NCBI GenBank assembly: GCA_973895155.1
Contig: OZ316891.1
Span: 24,799,899-24,863,898, forward strand
Direction: 5' to 3'
Origin: Marsupella aquatica
Taxonomy: Eukaryota > Plantae > Marchantiophyta
Length of the DNA: 64,000 nucleotides
Under the pieces are notes generated by a model. The model saw only the letters and a program-made list of their open reading frames with translations. It searched no databases and had not been told where the DNA came from. The translations under genes and the position numbers were made by a program. Positions 22,941 to 35,889 of this stretch are shown piece by piece; within the stretch, counting starts at the first letter, position 1, and the number at the start of each line of letters is the position of its first letter.

Positions 22941-25900
22941 ACCCGAGATGGTGGATTTTTCTATGGCGTTGTGGCAGAGCCGGCAGGATCCACAACGCCA
23001 TCTATCATCGGCAAGGAGTTAAAAACCAAGGGATCGGCATACAAGCCGATTACGAGGGCAGAACAAATCGAGGCCCTATTAGAGGCCGGGAGAGCACAGC
23101 GGCCTGACCCTCAGTAGGAAGAGGCGGATGAGATGCATAGACACAATCCAGAGCCAAGGCAGGAAGGGAAGCCGACCACCAATTCAAAACCGGATAGACC
23201 GGCAAGGGGACAATCTGTGGACACCAAGGAAGAGACCGACTCGGCTAGTACAGCCGATATTCCAGTTTATGGAGGTATGAGACTGGAAAGGCCGGAAGCC
23301 GAGCTGGACCCGAATTTGAAGAAGCAGATTAATATGATCCAAGCACGACAATACCGGAAGCTCGACTTAGGAGAAGGAAGAGAATTGAACTTAGGGAGAG
23401 ACCTAGCACTTGAGCTTGAAAAAGAGATCAGTGACTTACTGATTGAATTCCAAGATGTGTTTGCATGGAGTCATCAAGATCTGAAAGGAGTAGACCCAAA
23501 ACTGGGAGAACACCGAATTGATCTCATGTTAGGAGCCAAATCATTTCGACAACCGATTTGAAGGATGAACCCTAAGTATTCCCTGATGGTCAAAACAGAA
23601 ATCGACAAACTAGTGGAAGTCGGATTCATCACTCCAGTCCTGCATTCAGACTGGGTGTCTCCAATTGTGATAGTTCCCAAGAAAGCTGGACCCGATGGTA
23701 AACCCAAGATCCGGGTTTGTCAAGATTACAGGAAGCTGAATGAAGCAACGTTAAAAGACCATTTTCCTTTACCCTTTACTGATATGGTACTAGACATGGT
23801 AGCCAGTCATGAACTATATTCATTCATGGATGGATACTCTGGTTATAACCAAATCAGGATTAGGCAGGAGGACCAAATCAAGATGGCCTTCATCACGGAA
23901 TGGGGGATCTATGTCTTCAATCGTATGCCGTTTGGACTCTGTAACGCACCAGCTATGTTTCAACAATTGATGGTGAACATTTTCCATGATTACTTAAGAA
24001 AGTTCATGGAAATCTTCATTGATGACTTTGCAGTATTCGGGAAGGCATCGAAACATGCTAAATATCTAAGGAAAACCTTCATGAGATGCAGAGAGGTAGG
24101 TCTCAAGTTACACCCCGATAAATGTTTCTTTGGAGTAATAGAAGGTGTGCTACTAGGTCACAAGGTATCAAAGAAGGGCATTGAGATTGACAAAGGTAAG
24201 CTAGCAGTATGGCTTGACATCATGCAACCTAAGAACATAAAGGATGTAAGATCCTTCTTAGGCTGCATTGGGTATTATTGCCGGTTTATTAAAGATTTTG
24301 CCAAGCTAGCTTTACCATTAACCAACATGCTCAAGGCAGGCGCAGACTTTGAACCCACACCAGAAAGAGTAACAGCTGTGGTGAAATTAAAGCAAAAGTT
24401 AGTGGAAGCCCCAGTCATGATAGCACCGGACTGGAACAAGGAATTTCATGTCTTTGTAGATGTCTCAGGTTTCTGTATCGGCTCAGTACTAAGTAAATTG
24501 GATGAGAAAGGGAGGGACCATCCCATATACTTTGCAAGCTGTCAACTTGCCGATGCCGAACGGAACTACTCCACCACAGAAAGAGAAGCATTAGGAGTCA
24601 TTTATTCATGTAAAAAGTTTAGGCATTATTTGCTAGGGTACAAGGTAATCTTTCATACCGATCATGAAAGTTTGAAATACCTAGTAAATAAGCCGGACCT
24701 TACAGGCAGGGTAGCAAGATGGATTTTGCTATTATAGGAGTTTGACTACAAGCTAAGGATCAAGCCGGGGAAGCTATACGCCAATGCCAACTTCTTTTCA
24801 AGGATCACAGGTGAACCAGCCACGGATTGCATCGATGATCAAATTCCCGACGAGGAGCTATTTGTTGTGGAAATAGCTGATACATGGTACCCAGAGATTT
24901 TGCACTTTCTCAGTACGTCCAGATTACAGCCAGGGCTAACCCGAGAACAAGCCGAAGTCTTTCTGCGGAAGGTCAGACAGTATCAGTACATTAAGGGTGT
25001 GCTACACAGGTATGGAATCAGCGGCACTATGCAAAGGTGTTTGGAAAAGAAAGAGATAAAACGAGTCTTACGGGCTATGCATGGAGAAGAGGCCGGAGGA
25101 CATATTGCTCCAGTAACCACGTCTAAAAAGATGTTAAATGCCGGTTACTGGTGGCCCACCTTGCACAAGGATGTCTATCAGTTCATCAAACAATGTGATC
25201 CTTGTCAGCGAGCAGGAGGACCAAGGTCGTCTACAAGACATCCACTGCACCCTATTCTACCTCTAGCACCATTTGAGAAATGGGGTATTGATTATATCGG
25301 ACCGCTAAAACCATTAACCCATCCTCGGAGAAACAAGTACATAATCCTGGCCACGGATTATGCAACTAAGTGGGTGGAGGCCAGGCCGACAACGAAGGAT
25401 GATGCAATTACTGCAGCTCGATTTCTGTATGAGCATATCTTCACCAGGTATGGAGCACCCCTAGAATTAGTTAGTGATAGAGGAACCCATTTTCTGAATG
25501 ATATAATTAGTCATTTAAATGAGCAGTATTTAGTTAGACATAGGCCTACTACTCCTTACCACCCAAAGGCAAATGGATTGATAGAACGAGCCAATGGGAT
25601 TATAGGAAAGATATTGAACAAGACAGTAGCTTAGAACAAACTTGATTGGGATGATAAATTGTTTGCTGCTGTTTTTGCTTACAATTTAGCCTATAAATCC
25701 ACTACCGGTCATACACCTTTTTTCTTAACCTTTGGACAAGAAGCTCTGGTACCCATGCAACTTGAGATACCAACATTTCAAGTTTCCATTGAGGAAAGAG
25801 TCTCAGAGGAGGAAAGCCTGAAAGACCGAGAATATAGATTAGAAGCTTTAGAGGAGGCAAGAATGATTTCAGCCGAGAGAATAGAATATAGACTGAATAT

Positions 25901-26172
25901 CATGAAGCAGCAGTATGATAAAAAGTTGAAAGTAGTTAGTATTCACACAGGGGATCTTGTATTACTTTATGACAGTAGGTATAGTAAGTTTCCAGGGAAG
26001 CTTTACACGAGTCGCTGGCTAGGACCTTTCAGGGTATCAAAAAAGTTCCCCAATGGCTCTGTGCAATTGGCCAACATTACCGGAGAGGTGTACCCAGTTT
26101 GTATTCACTACGACCGCCTCAAGAAATACTATATGGACGAAGATGAAGTTGTTCATGAGGACGCTTCACAAT

Positions 26173-26186
26173 TAAGTGGGGAGCTA
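26173..26186 (+). other. 3' polypurine tract of the family-A element
   Basis: TAAGTGGGGAGCTA lies directly before the LTR start TGTGATG (26187), within the last integrase codons. Confidence 0.85.
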
Positions 26187-29100
26187 TGTGATGCCTAGCC
26201 AGGAATCACTTGGCTAGTTTAAGTGGAAAAGGGAAGGGTACCCTAGAAACACCTTAGTATAGTTACAGAAATAAGGAAAATATAAACAATTAAGGGTGAC
26301 TATGGAACCCGAGCCGAGGCCGGAAGTAAGGACGCCAGGGGAGAGAACACGATTAGGGTTAGGGCATGATAAGTGCCGGCGGCTAGGGGTCACCAACGGG
26401 ATAGAAACGCCAAGGAGGAGAGGGGTAAGGGCAGCTCGCGAGGAGTTGTGGCTCATTTGCAGGCACAAACTGGGCAGACGACTACGGGCGGCCAACTACT
26501 GTCAGCTGCTTAAGCAAGCACTCAAGGGGGGAGCAGATACCGACTATCAACTTGATAAGGGTATGAGCAACATCAATCAAGCAGCACATTTTTGGGGATG
26601 CCTGTTCGAACGGGCAACTGAGTACATTGGGACTTACGAGGACGAAGAATCGGAGAGAGCAGCTCGAGAACGGCAGGAGCTAGCTTAGTTGTGGGAGCCG
26701 CAGAAAGCTACCTTCTTAGGAGGAGAACTCATCAAGGCCGAATTCTTGTGGACTCCTACTACCAATCAACTCGACGACCTTCTGTTTTGCGAAGACAGAG
26801 TTGTCGGCATCCGCGAGGCCATCAAACGCTGCAACGACATACACTGGGAGTTGAAGGGTAGCACGGAGGGGTGGACAAAGGCAACCGTGCTCGGAGAGAC
26901 ATCCACGGCAGCCGAGATGAAGAGGAAGGGAATTAACAACGACGAGGCCACCCCGACAAAAAGAACAAGGTCGGTGGCACCAAAGAGGCCAACCGAACAG
27001 CAGAGCAGGAGGCAGAGAGAAGCCGAGGAGGAGGAGGTCGACCCCATCAACACCATTCCAACGAGAGATGACACCTGGAAAGGCTAGGCGGCGATCCTCC
27101 CCAAGGAGGTCCAATTACACTTTGCAAGAGAGGAGGATGCATGCTTTACGGCTATGCAGACTCGGAAATATCAGGGCTTCATGGCTGGATCCGGCTTGGA
27201 AGCCTTTGTAAGGTTACCGTGGCTGAAGCTGGAGGTGCCGAATTCAGACTTACTTGAATTCGTGGGATCATGGGAGTCCGAGACCAATTCCACAAGGGTG
27301 TATGGGAAGGAATTCTATCTCACTCCCTAGGTGATTGCCGAAGTGTTTGGCTTGCCGATGGGCAATAAGACCAAGGTAGATACCAAGAAGACCTTGCCAG
27401 ACACGGAGTTCAGGTCGTTCCCAGGGCCTTCAACAAAGAATGGCTTCTTCCGTAACACTTGCACCAACCCGCATATAGGAGAGATGATCGATTTCTTGCG
27501 GGTGACCATGCATTGCAACTGGCCAAGAGCAGAGATTGGCAAGGCACAGGTCTATCTGGCAGAGAGGCCAGACCCAAACCGGGACTACAACGGCTACCTC
27601 CTCACTCAACTAAAGAAGATCTTGAAGGAGGAACAGCTGGTGATCGGCAAGGGAAGCGTGTCCCGGCTTGGCTATCACATGCCGCTATTGTGCCGGTATG
27701 CCCAAAGTAAGACCTTTGCCCCGGTACTTCCCCTACAGGCAAGGGCATCAGAGGAGGTTCCAGAACAGAGGCCGGCAACGGAGAAACCCAACCCGCCCAA
27801 CAGTCCTACAATCGAGCAGGTGTTTAGGCCAAGGACGGAGGACTTGCCGATGCAGCAACCAGGCATGCAGAATCTGCTGAAACTGCTGGAGAAAGAAAAG
27901 AGATCGGCATCGGCAACGACAACGGCATCGGCAACAACAACGGCAACGGCAACAATGCAGGACACTACTCCAGAGGTAGGCCTAAACCGGCTTACAAGGG
28001 AAAACCCCTTTACTGGAGTCAAGGAGAGAAGGAGGCCGGAACACGAGCCGGGAGTCCAGATGTATGTAGGAGCCTCTAGTCCCAAAGCCAAGGAGAAGCA
28101 GGCCGTAACTCCCGGCCACGACAAGGAGAACAGGAGATCAACACGGAAGCCGGAGGAGGAACCAAGACCGGCAGGAGGTGAAGCCGTGTTCACGCCAAAA
28201 CCAGGAGAGGAGCGGGAGAAGCCGGTAGTCCAAGCCGAGGAGGAGGCGGTGGAGGACTACAACAATGATAACTCCGGCTATGGGTCGGATCATCATGTTC
28301 CAGGTTTAAGGACATGTGGCCCCGGTTCATCCCCACGCTCCCAAGAGTAGTCCGAGGGGACCCGAGCCAGCAGAGCAGCCCCGAGTCTCCCCCGCCAGAT
28401 GTCACTCCCCCGAGCTTTGACAGCATAAAACAGACAGCGCAGGAATTTCAGGAGCGAATCAGGGAGGAAGAGGAGGCAGCCCTGGCTAGAGAGAAGGATT
28501 TACCAGGAGGAGAATGGCCAGAGAACATTAGGCGGCTTGCAGAAAAACGAGGCAGCCCGCCAGCCACAATAGAAGAGATCCGCAAGGCGGCTTGGGAACA
28601 AAGGCCGCGATGGATGATGCCGATGACTTCTACTTCCTCCACCTATGCTAAAGATAGAGCCATGGAGTACGGGGAGATGTGTGGGGAATTGGCGCTCAGC
28701 ATCTTTGGGGAGGAGTTGGAGCAGGGACCCTTTTTCCAGAGGGAGATGTTGGAGAAGCGCCAATTAGAAGAAGCAGTGGCCTTGGAAAGAAGCAAGAAGG
28801 ACGAGGTCATCCGTCGGCTTAGGGAAAGGGAAGCCAAAATCAAGGACCTGAGGGCGGCCAAGAAAGCCCAAGATGAGCTGCGGATTAAGCGGCATGAGCT
28901 AAATATCATGCAGGGCCAGTTGGATACCACACAATCTGATAATCGGATGATCGAGAATCTACTGATGCAGACCCAAGGAGAGTTGGCCGATGCAATCAAA
29001 GAGAGGGAGAAGTGGAAGCGAGAGCTGAGGAATGCAGAGGAGGCCCACATAACAGCCAACAACCGGGCCATGGCGGAGACCCAAAGAAAGGAATGGGCGT

Positions 29101-30920
29101 TGAAGGGGGAGCTCAAGAAAATTTGCGGAGCCCTTGAGCAGAAGGAGGCCGAGTTAGGGAAATCCTATCAAGGGATTATTGCGCTGCAGCAGGAGCTTGC
29201 GTCCCTGACGGCCAGCTTCAAGGCCGACCTAAGGGAGAAGGACGATATGCTCGATCAGACTTACGCCAAGATGAACTAGATGGAGTCTGTCATCATTGCA
29301 GAGCTCGACAAGGAGCTAAGAGCAACCCGGGAGGAGAGGGCTACCTTGAAGAAAGAACTGGAGGAAGCCCACAAGGAACGGGAGGAAGCCCAGAAAGAAC
29401 TGGAGGAGGTGCGCAAGGACCTGGACGAGGTGCAGGAGGAGTTGGAGGAAAGCACGCGGAGGCTGGAGAACTTACAACGACGAGCCGACAACCAAACGGA
29501 GCGACTGAAAAAACAAACCGTAGTATTTAAGTGCTTGTCTTCATCAGGCCCAACTCCAATTGGGGCAACCAAGTTACCAGGAGTGGTACTGGCCGAAGAA
29601 CAAGACGCGCCACCTGCACCAGTGCCGGAAGTAAGTGGGAAGGGGAAGGGACCAGCTGCCGAACCAGAAAAGAAGAAGAAGCGGAAACCTTCAGGGTCAA
29701 GGAGTAATACGACTCCACAGGCCGTGGTGACCAAGGAGGTAGACCCAGCACCAACCCCAGACAGGGTCACGGCAAAGGATCCAACTACCCTAGAAGGAGG
29801 GGAGGCCGAAGCCATGGCTGAGGCCGAAGCCGTTGCTGATGCCGAGGCCGGTGCCGAGGCCAAAGCCGAAGGTGGACCCAGTCAGGCCGATGGAGAGTTG
29901 ACTAAGTCCGGGGTAGGTAATCTGTCAGAGAACGAACCTACGACAGTGGCTGAGGAGGAAGCGTTGGGGGCGTCCACTGAGGAACAGACACCGCTGCCAT
30001 GACGGTGGTGGAGGGCCGCTCCTTTCAAGGAGGGCGGACGTGGAGGGAGGAGGCATGAGTGGGCAAGGCGGGCTCGGATCTCTAAGTTTAGGATTAGGAT
30101 CAGGACGAGGAGGCGGCCCTGACACTTAGCTTAGTGGGATTGCGGTTCCACTGGTAAGAGCAACACTTGTACTCCTGCCTTGCTGTACATAGGTAGATTC
30201 AGTTAGGTAGATTCAGTTAGGTAGATTAGGCTTACGCTGCAAGGAATTAGGCGGATCCACTACCAGGATAAATACCTGGGCTACGGGGAGCTCAGGGCCT
30301 CTTCTTTAGCAAGTTTTTAGTTTGCACCAGCCGGGCTGGGATCAAGTAGTAAGAGAAGCTCTCGGTTAGTCATACAGTGACCTTGTGTATATTCATGTTT
30401 CCTCATGCCTAAGAGCTGAATAGAGTTGGCCTCACGGCTTAGTTCGTAGAGCTTGTGTATGAGATGTACTATTTGTATGGCAAGTGCATGGTATGACTCA
30501 GTCAGAAGGAGTCATTTTACTATTTGTGTGTTGCATTAACTTGTGTGAAGAGTGCCCACATCAACTAATAGATGAAGGAAAGTAAGCAAGGGAGTGAGAG
30601 TTGGATGTGTCGAGCTGAGAGAGGTCTTAGCGGCTTAACCAAGCCTATTGGGGATCATTCTGGCGGCGGAATCCAAATATACCTAACCAGAAGGAGAGGA
30701 AGACAAGGGAAGGCCTAGATTAGGCCGGCTACATATCTCATGACCCGATGAAGGATCTGTCCAGTATATGTGTGTAAAATGTTAATAGTAGTAGTACAAG
30801 GAAGTTAGCAGCGTCCCATGCCGCTAAGCCGCAAAAACGGCCTCCCCAAGCGCGAAACCTGCGGGAATCGGCTTGTGCTGGGGGGTTTCTTGGGTTTAGG
30901 GAGCCATGGGACGCACCACA
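26187..30920 (+). mobile_element. 3' LTR of the family-A element (4734 bp) containing a long ORF
   Basis: Runs TGTGATGC...GCACCACA, is preceded by the PPT, and its 3' end matches the LTR end adjoining the PBS at 19669. Confidence 0.92.
26296..30002 (+). pseudogene. LTR-encoded ~1200-aa accessory protein, disrupted copy
   Basis: Collinear ORFs 26296-26688, 26689-27087, 27331-28350, 28314-29279 and 29280-30002 match the 1116-aa ORF; disrupted by TAG stops and one frameshift. Confidence 0.85.
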
Positions 30921-31241
30921 AGAATCAAGGAAGGGGAATTCAATCTAAAGCAGTACGACCCAAGAGAAATTTGCAGATCCGACCCTCAAACACGATAGCA
31001 ATCTGATAAAGCACGTGCAACAAGGCAAGGGATTCAATCACCCCTACATGCATTCTTAATCGCAATCAAATTACAAATTACTTCATATTTGTAACACTTC
31101 CCGACGGAAATTGCAAGGATACGTCCTACCATCCACAAACAAAATTTTATCCAATGAATTCCATGGAGAAATTGCATTTCCAGGCACTGTCAATAGATGG
31201 ACTTAATTATCTATCTTGGTCATTGCACGTTGAAGCACACC

Positions 31242-34200
31242 TGTGGTGCGTCCCATGGCTCCCTAAACCCAAGAAACCCCCCAGCTCAAGCCGATTCCCG
31301 CAGGTTTCGTGCTTGGCGAGGCCGTTTCCGCGGCTTAGCGGCATGGGACGCTGCTAACCTTCTACTACTACTATTAACATTTTACACACATATACTGGAC
31401 AGATCCTTCATCGGGTCATGAGATACGTAGCCGGCCTAATATAGGCCTTCCCTTGTCTTCCCCTGTCTTCCCCTCCGTCTTGTTAGGTATGTTTGGATTC
31501 CGCCGCCGGAATGATCCCCAATAGGCTTGGTTAAGCCGCTAAGACCTCTCTCAGCTCGACACATCCAACTATCACTCCCCTGCTTACTTTCCTTCCTTCT
31601 GTTGATGTGGGCACTCTTCACACAAGTTAATGCGACACACAAATAGCAAAATGACTCATTCTAACTGAGTCATACCATGCACTTGCCATACAAACAGTAC
31701 ATCTCATACACAAGTTCTGCGAACTAAGCCGTGAGGCCAACTCTATTCAGCTCTTAGGCATGAGGAAACATGAATATACACAAGGGTCACTGTATGACTA
31801 ACCGAGAGCTTCTCGTACTACTTGATCCCAGCCCGGCTGGTGCAAACTAAAAACTTGCTAAAGAAGAGGCCCTGAGCTCCCCGCTGCCCAGGTACTTATC
31901 CTGGTAGTGGATCCGCCATTCTTTGCATCGTAAGCCTAATCTACCTGACAGTAATCTACTTGCCCGAATCTACCTATGTACAGCAAGGCAGGAGCACAAG
32001 TGTTGCTCCTACCAGTGGAACCCCAATCCCACTAAGCTAAGTGTCAGGGCCGCTCCTGGTTCTGATCCTAATCCTAAACGTGGAGATCCGCGCCCGCCCT
32101 GCCCACTCACGCCTCCTCCCTCCACGTCCGCCCTCCCTAAAAGGAACGGCGCCCTTGCACCGTCACGACACCGGTGGTGGATCCTCAATGGACGCCCCCA
32201 ACACTTCCTCCTCAGCCACTGCCGTTGGCCTGCCTACTGACAGATTACCTGCCCTTGACCGAGTCAACTCTCCATCGGCCTGACTGGGTCCACCTTCGGC
32301 TTCAGCCTCGACAACTCCCACGGCTTCGGCTTCAGCCACCCCCACGGCTTCGGCCTCAGCCAACCCCACGGCTTCGGCTTCCCCTTCCCCTAGGGTAGTT
32401 GGATCCTTAGCCGTGACCCTGTCTGGGGTCGGTGCTGGGTCTACCTCCTTGATCACCACGGCCTATGAAGTCGTATTACTCCTTGACCCTGAAGGTTTCC
32501 GCTTCTTCTTCGTTGGTGGCTCGGCAGCTGGTCCCTTCCCCTTCCCACTTACTTCCGGCACTGGTGCAGTTGACGCGGCTTGTCCTTCGGCAATTACCAC
32601 CCCTGGTAACTGGTTTGTCCCAACGGGAGATGGACCTGCTGCAACTAAGCATTTAAATACTGCGGCTTGTTTCTTCAGCCGCTCTGTTTGGTTGTCGGCC
32701 CGCCGCTGTAGGTTCTCCATCTTCCTCATGATTTCCTCCAACTCCTCTTGGGTTTCATCCAGGTCCTTACGTGCCCCCTCCAGCTCGTTTTTGGCCTCTT
32801 CCTGCTCCCTGTGGGCTTCCTCCAATTCCTTCTTCAAGGTAGCCCTCTCCTCCTGGGTTGCTCTTAGCTCCTTGTCGAGCTCTGCAATGATGACAGACTC
32901 CATCTGGTTCATCTTGGCGTAAGTCTGTTCGAGCATCTCGTCCTTCTCCCTTAGGTCGGCCTTGAAGCTGGCCGTCAGGGACGCAAGCTCCTGCTGCAGC
33001 GCCATAATCCCTTGATAGGATTTCCCTAACTCGACCTCCTTCTGCTCAAGGGCTCCGCGGATTTTCTCGAGCTCCCCTTTCAACGCCCATTCCTTTCTTT
33101 GGGTCTCCGCCATGGCCCGGCTGTTGGCTGTTATGTGGGCCTCCTCTGTATTCTTCAGCTCTTGCTTCCACTTCTCCCTCTCTTTGATCGTGTCGGCCAA
33201 CTCTTCCTGCGTCTGAGTCAGTTTATCCTTGATATTCTGATTATCAGCCTGCGCGGCGTCCAACTGCCCCTGCATGATGTTCAGCTCATGTCGTTTAATC
33301 CGCAGTTCATCTTGGGCTTTCTTGGCCGCCCTTAGATTTTCAATCTCGGCTTCCATCCTCCTAAGCCGCCGAATGACCTCGTCCTTCTTGCTTCTCTCTA
33401 AAGCCACCGCTTCTTCTAATTGGTGCTTCTCCAACTGCTCCCTGTGAAAAAAGGGTCCTACCTCCAACTCCTCTCCAAAGATGCCGAGCGCAAGTTCCCC
33501 ACACATCTCACCATACTCCATGGCTCTATTCTTAGCGTAGGTGGAGTAAGTAGAAGTGATCGGCATCGCCCATCGTGGCCTCTGCTCCCACGCCGTCCTG
33601 CGGATCTCTTCAATCGTGGCTAGAGGTTTGCTTCCTTTTTCGGCTAGCCGCCTGATGTCCTCCGGCCAATCTCCTCCTGGTAAATCCTTTTCCTTAGCCA
33701 GGGCGGCCTCTTCCTCCTGCTTGATTCGCTCCTGAAATTCCTGCACCGTCTGTTTTATGCCGTCGAAGCTCGGGGGAGCGACATCTGGTGGGGGAGACTC
33801 AGGGCTACTCTGCTGGTTGGGGTCCCCTCGCACTACCCTTGGAAGTGTGGGGACAAACCGGCCACAGGTCCTTACTCCTGGAACGTGATGGTCCGACCCA
33901 TAGCCGGAATTATCATGGCTGCAGTCCTCCACTGCCTCCTCTACCTCTTGGACGTCCGGCTTCTCCCTCTCCTCTTCCTCGGTAGGAGCTTCAGGCAATT
34001 CTGCCTCAGATTCGGAGCTTGAGGTTCCCACGTACATTCGAACACCTGGCTTGGATTCCGGCCTGATTCTCTTCTTGTCTCCAGCAAAGGGGTTTTCTCT
34101 TGTGAGCCGGTGTAGGCCTACCTCTGTAGTAGTGTCCTGCATTGTTGCCGTTGCCGTTGTTGTTGCCGATGCCGATTTCTTTTCTTTCTCCAGTAGTTTC

Positions 34201-35889
34201 AGCAGACTCTGCATGCCTGGTTGCTGCATCGGCAAGTCTTCCTTCCTGGGCCTAAACACCTGCTCGATCGTAGGACTAACAGGTGGTTGAGGCTTCTCAG
34301 CCAACGGCCTCGGCGTTGGAGCTTCCTCGGGTGCCCTTACCTGTAGGGGAAGTACCGGGGCAAAAGTCTGACCTCTGGCATACCGGCACAACAGCGGCAT
34401 GTGATAGCCAAGCCGCGACACGCTCCCCATGCCGATTACCTGCTGCTCCTCCTTTAAGATCTTCTTCAATTGGTTGAGGAGGTACCCGTTGTAGTCCCGG
34501 CTTGGGTCTGGCCTTTCTGCCAGATAGACCTGTGCCTTGCCGATCTCTGCCCTCGGTAAGTTACAATGCATGGTCACCCGCAAGAAGTCGATCATCTCTC
34601 CTATGTGCGGGTTGGTGCAGGTGTTCCGGAAGAAGCCATTCTTCGTTGATGGCCCGGGGAACGACCGGAACTCCTTGTCAGGCAAGGTCTTCCTGGTATC
34701 AACTTTGGTCTTATTGCCCATCGGCAAGCCAAACACTTCGGCAATCACCTTGGGAGTAAGATAGAAATCCTTCCCATATATCCTCGTGCAATTGGTCTCG
34801 GGTTCCCATGACCCCACGAATTCTAATAGGTCTGACTCCGGTACCTCCGGCTTCAGCCATGGTAATCTTACAAAGGCCTCCAAGCCGGATCCGGCCATGA
34901 AGCCTTGGTACTTCTTGGTCTGCATGGCCGTAAAGCATGCATCCTCCTCCCGTGCAAAATGTAGTTGCACCTCCACCGGTAGGGTTGCCGCCCAGCCCTT
35001 CCAGGTGTCATCCCTGGTTGGAATGGCCTTGATGGGATCGACCTCCTCCTCTTTGGCTTCTCCCTGCCTCCTGCTCTGCTGCTCGGCTGGCTTCTTTGGT
35101 GCCGCCGACCTCGTTCTTTTTGCCGGGGTGGCTTCATCGTTGACGGCCCCCTTCCTCTTCATCTCTGCTGCCGTGGAGGTTTCTCCTAGCACCGTTGCCC
35201 GGGTCCACCTTTCTGTGCTACCCTTTAATTCCCAGTGTATGTCGTTGCAGTTCTTGATGGCCTCTCGGATGCCGACGACGCTGTCTTTGCAAAACAGAAG
35301 ATCATCGAGTTGATTGGAAGTAGGCGTCCACAGGAACTCGTCCTTGATGAGTTCGCCTCCTAAGAAAGCCGTCTTCTGCAGCTCCCACAATCGAGCGAGC
35401 TCCTGCCGTTCTCGAGCTGCCCTTTCTGACTCCTCGTCCTCGTAAGTCTTGATGTACTCAGTTGCCTGTTCGAACAGGCATCCCCAGAAATGTGCCGCTT
35501 GATTGACGTTGCTCATACCCTCCTTAGGTCGATCGTCGGTATCTACTCTCTCCCCGAGTGCTTGCCTAAGCAGCTGACAATAGTTGGCCTCCCGTAGTCG
35601 TCTGCCTAGTTCGTGCTCGCAAATGAGCCACCATCTCCTGCAAGCGCTCCTTACCCCTCTCCTCTGCCGGTCCTTCTTCCCGTTGATCCTTCCTAGCCGC
35701 CGACGCTTAACGCGCCCTAACCCTAATCGGGTTTTCACCCTCAGCCTTACCTCCGGCCTCTGCCCGGGTTCCATGGTTGCCCCTAATTGTTTATATTTTC
35801 CTTGTTTTGTCACTATACTAAGGTGTTCCTAGGGTGCCTTCCTGCTTTACCCACTTAACCGGCCGAGTGATTCCTGTCTAGGCATCACA
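31242..35889 (-). mobile_element. Family-A solo LTR (4648 bp) with 5-bp TSD ACACC, inserted in copia gag
   Basis: ACACC at 31237-31241 and 35890-35894, TG...CA termini, and the copia gag reading frame resumes across the insertion. Confidence 0.95.
32163..35813 (-). CDS. LTR-encoded accessory protein; 1116-aa open frame plus ~100 aa after a single TAG
   Basis: ORF 32463-35813 continues in frame as 32163-32459; the paralog has CAG at that stop. It has a basic N-terminus, a GLEAFVRLPW...EFVGSW...VIAEVFGLPMG core, a ~300-aa coiled coil, and KGKGPA/KKKRK motifs. Confidence 0.85.

Larger units (their letters stand above)
19931..26198 (+). pseudogene. Ty3/gypsy (non-chromovirus) gag-pol: gag with 3 zinc knuckles, protease, RT, RNase H, integrase; several stops and a frameshift
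   Basis: Motifs EDPDEWLDDFE, CYNCGQPGHFAREC, IDGGSG, DYRKLN...FIDDF, RNase H VDVSG...EREAL, integrase H..H..C..C and WGIDYIGP...SDRG. No chromodomain. Confidence 0.95.

Noticed and set aside
27675-29863. Long antisense ORFs opposite the LTR ORF (also 34786-35313, 38902-39429, 62323-62898)
   Set aside because: Ser/Leu/Phe-rich shadow frames are expected opposite Glu/Lys-rich coding sequence.
32463-35813. Host myosin/SMC-like coiled-coil gene or retroviral env
   Set aside because: It is intronless, multi-copy and bounded by LTR termini and a TSD. No ATPase motifs, signal peptide or transmembrane segment are evident.
31242-35889. Independent DNA transposon encoding its own transposase
   Set aside because: The same unit is flanked by a PPT and a PBS elsewhere in the window, its TG..CA ends and 5-bp TSD indicate a solo LTR, and no DDE triad was recognised.
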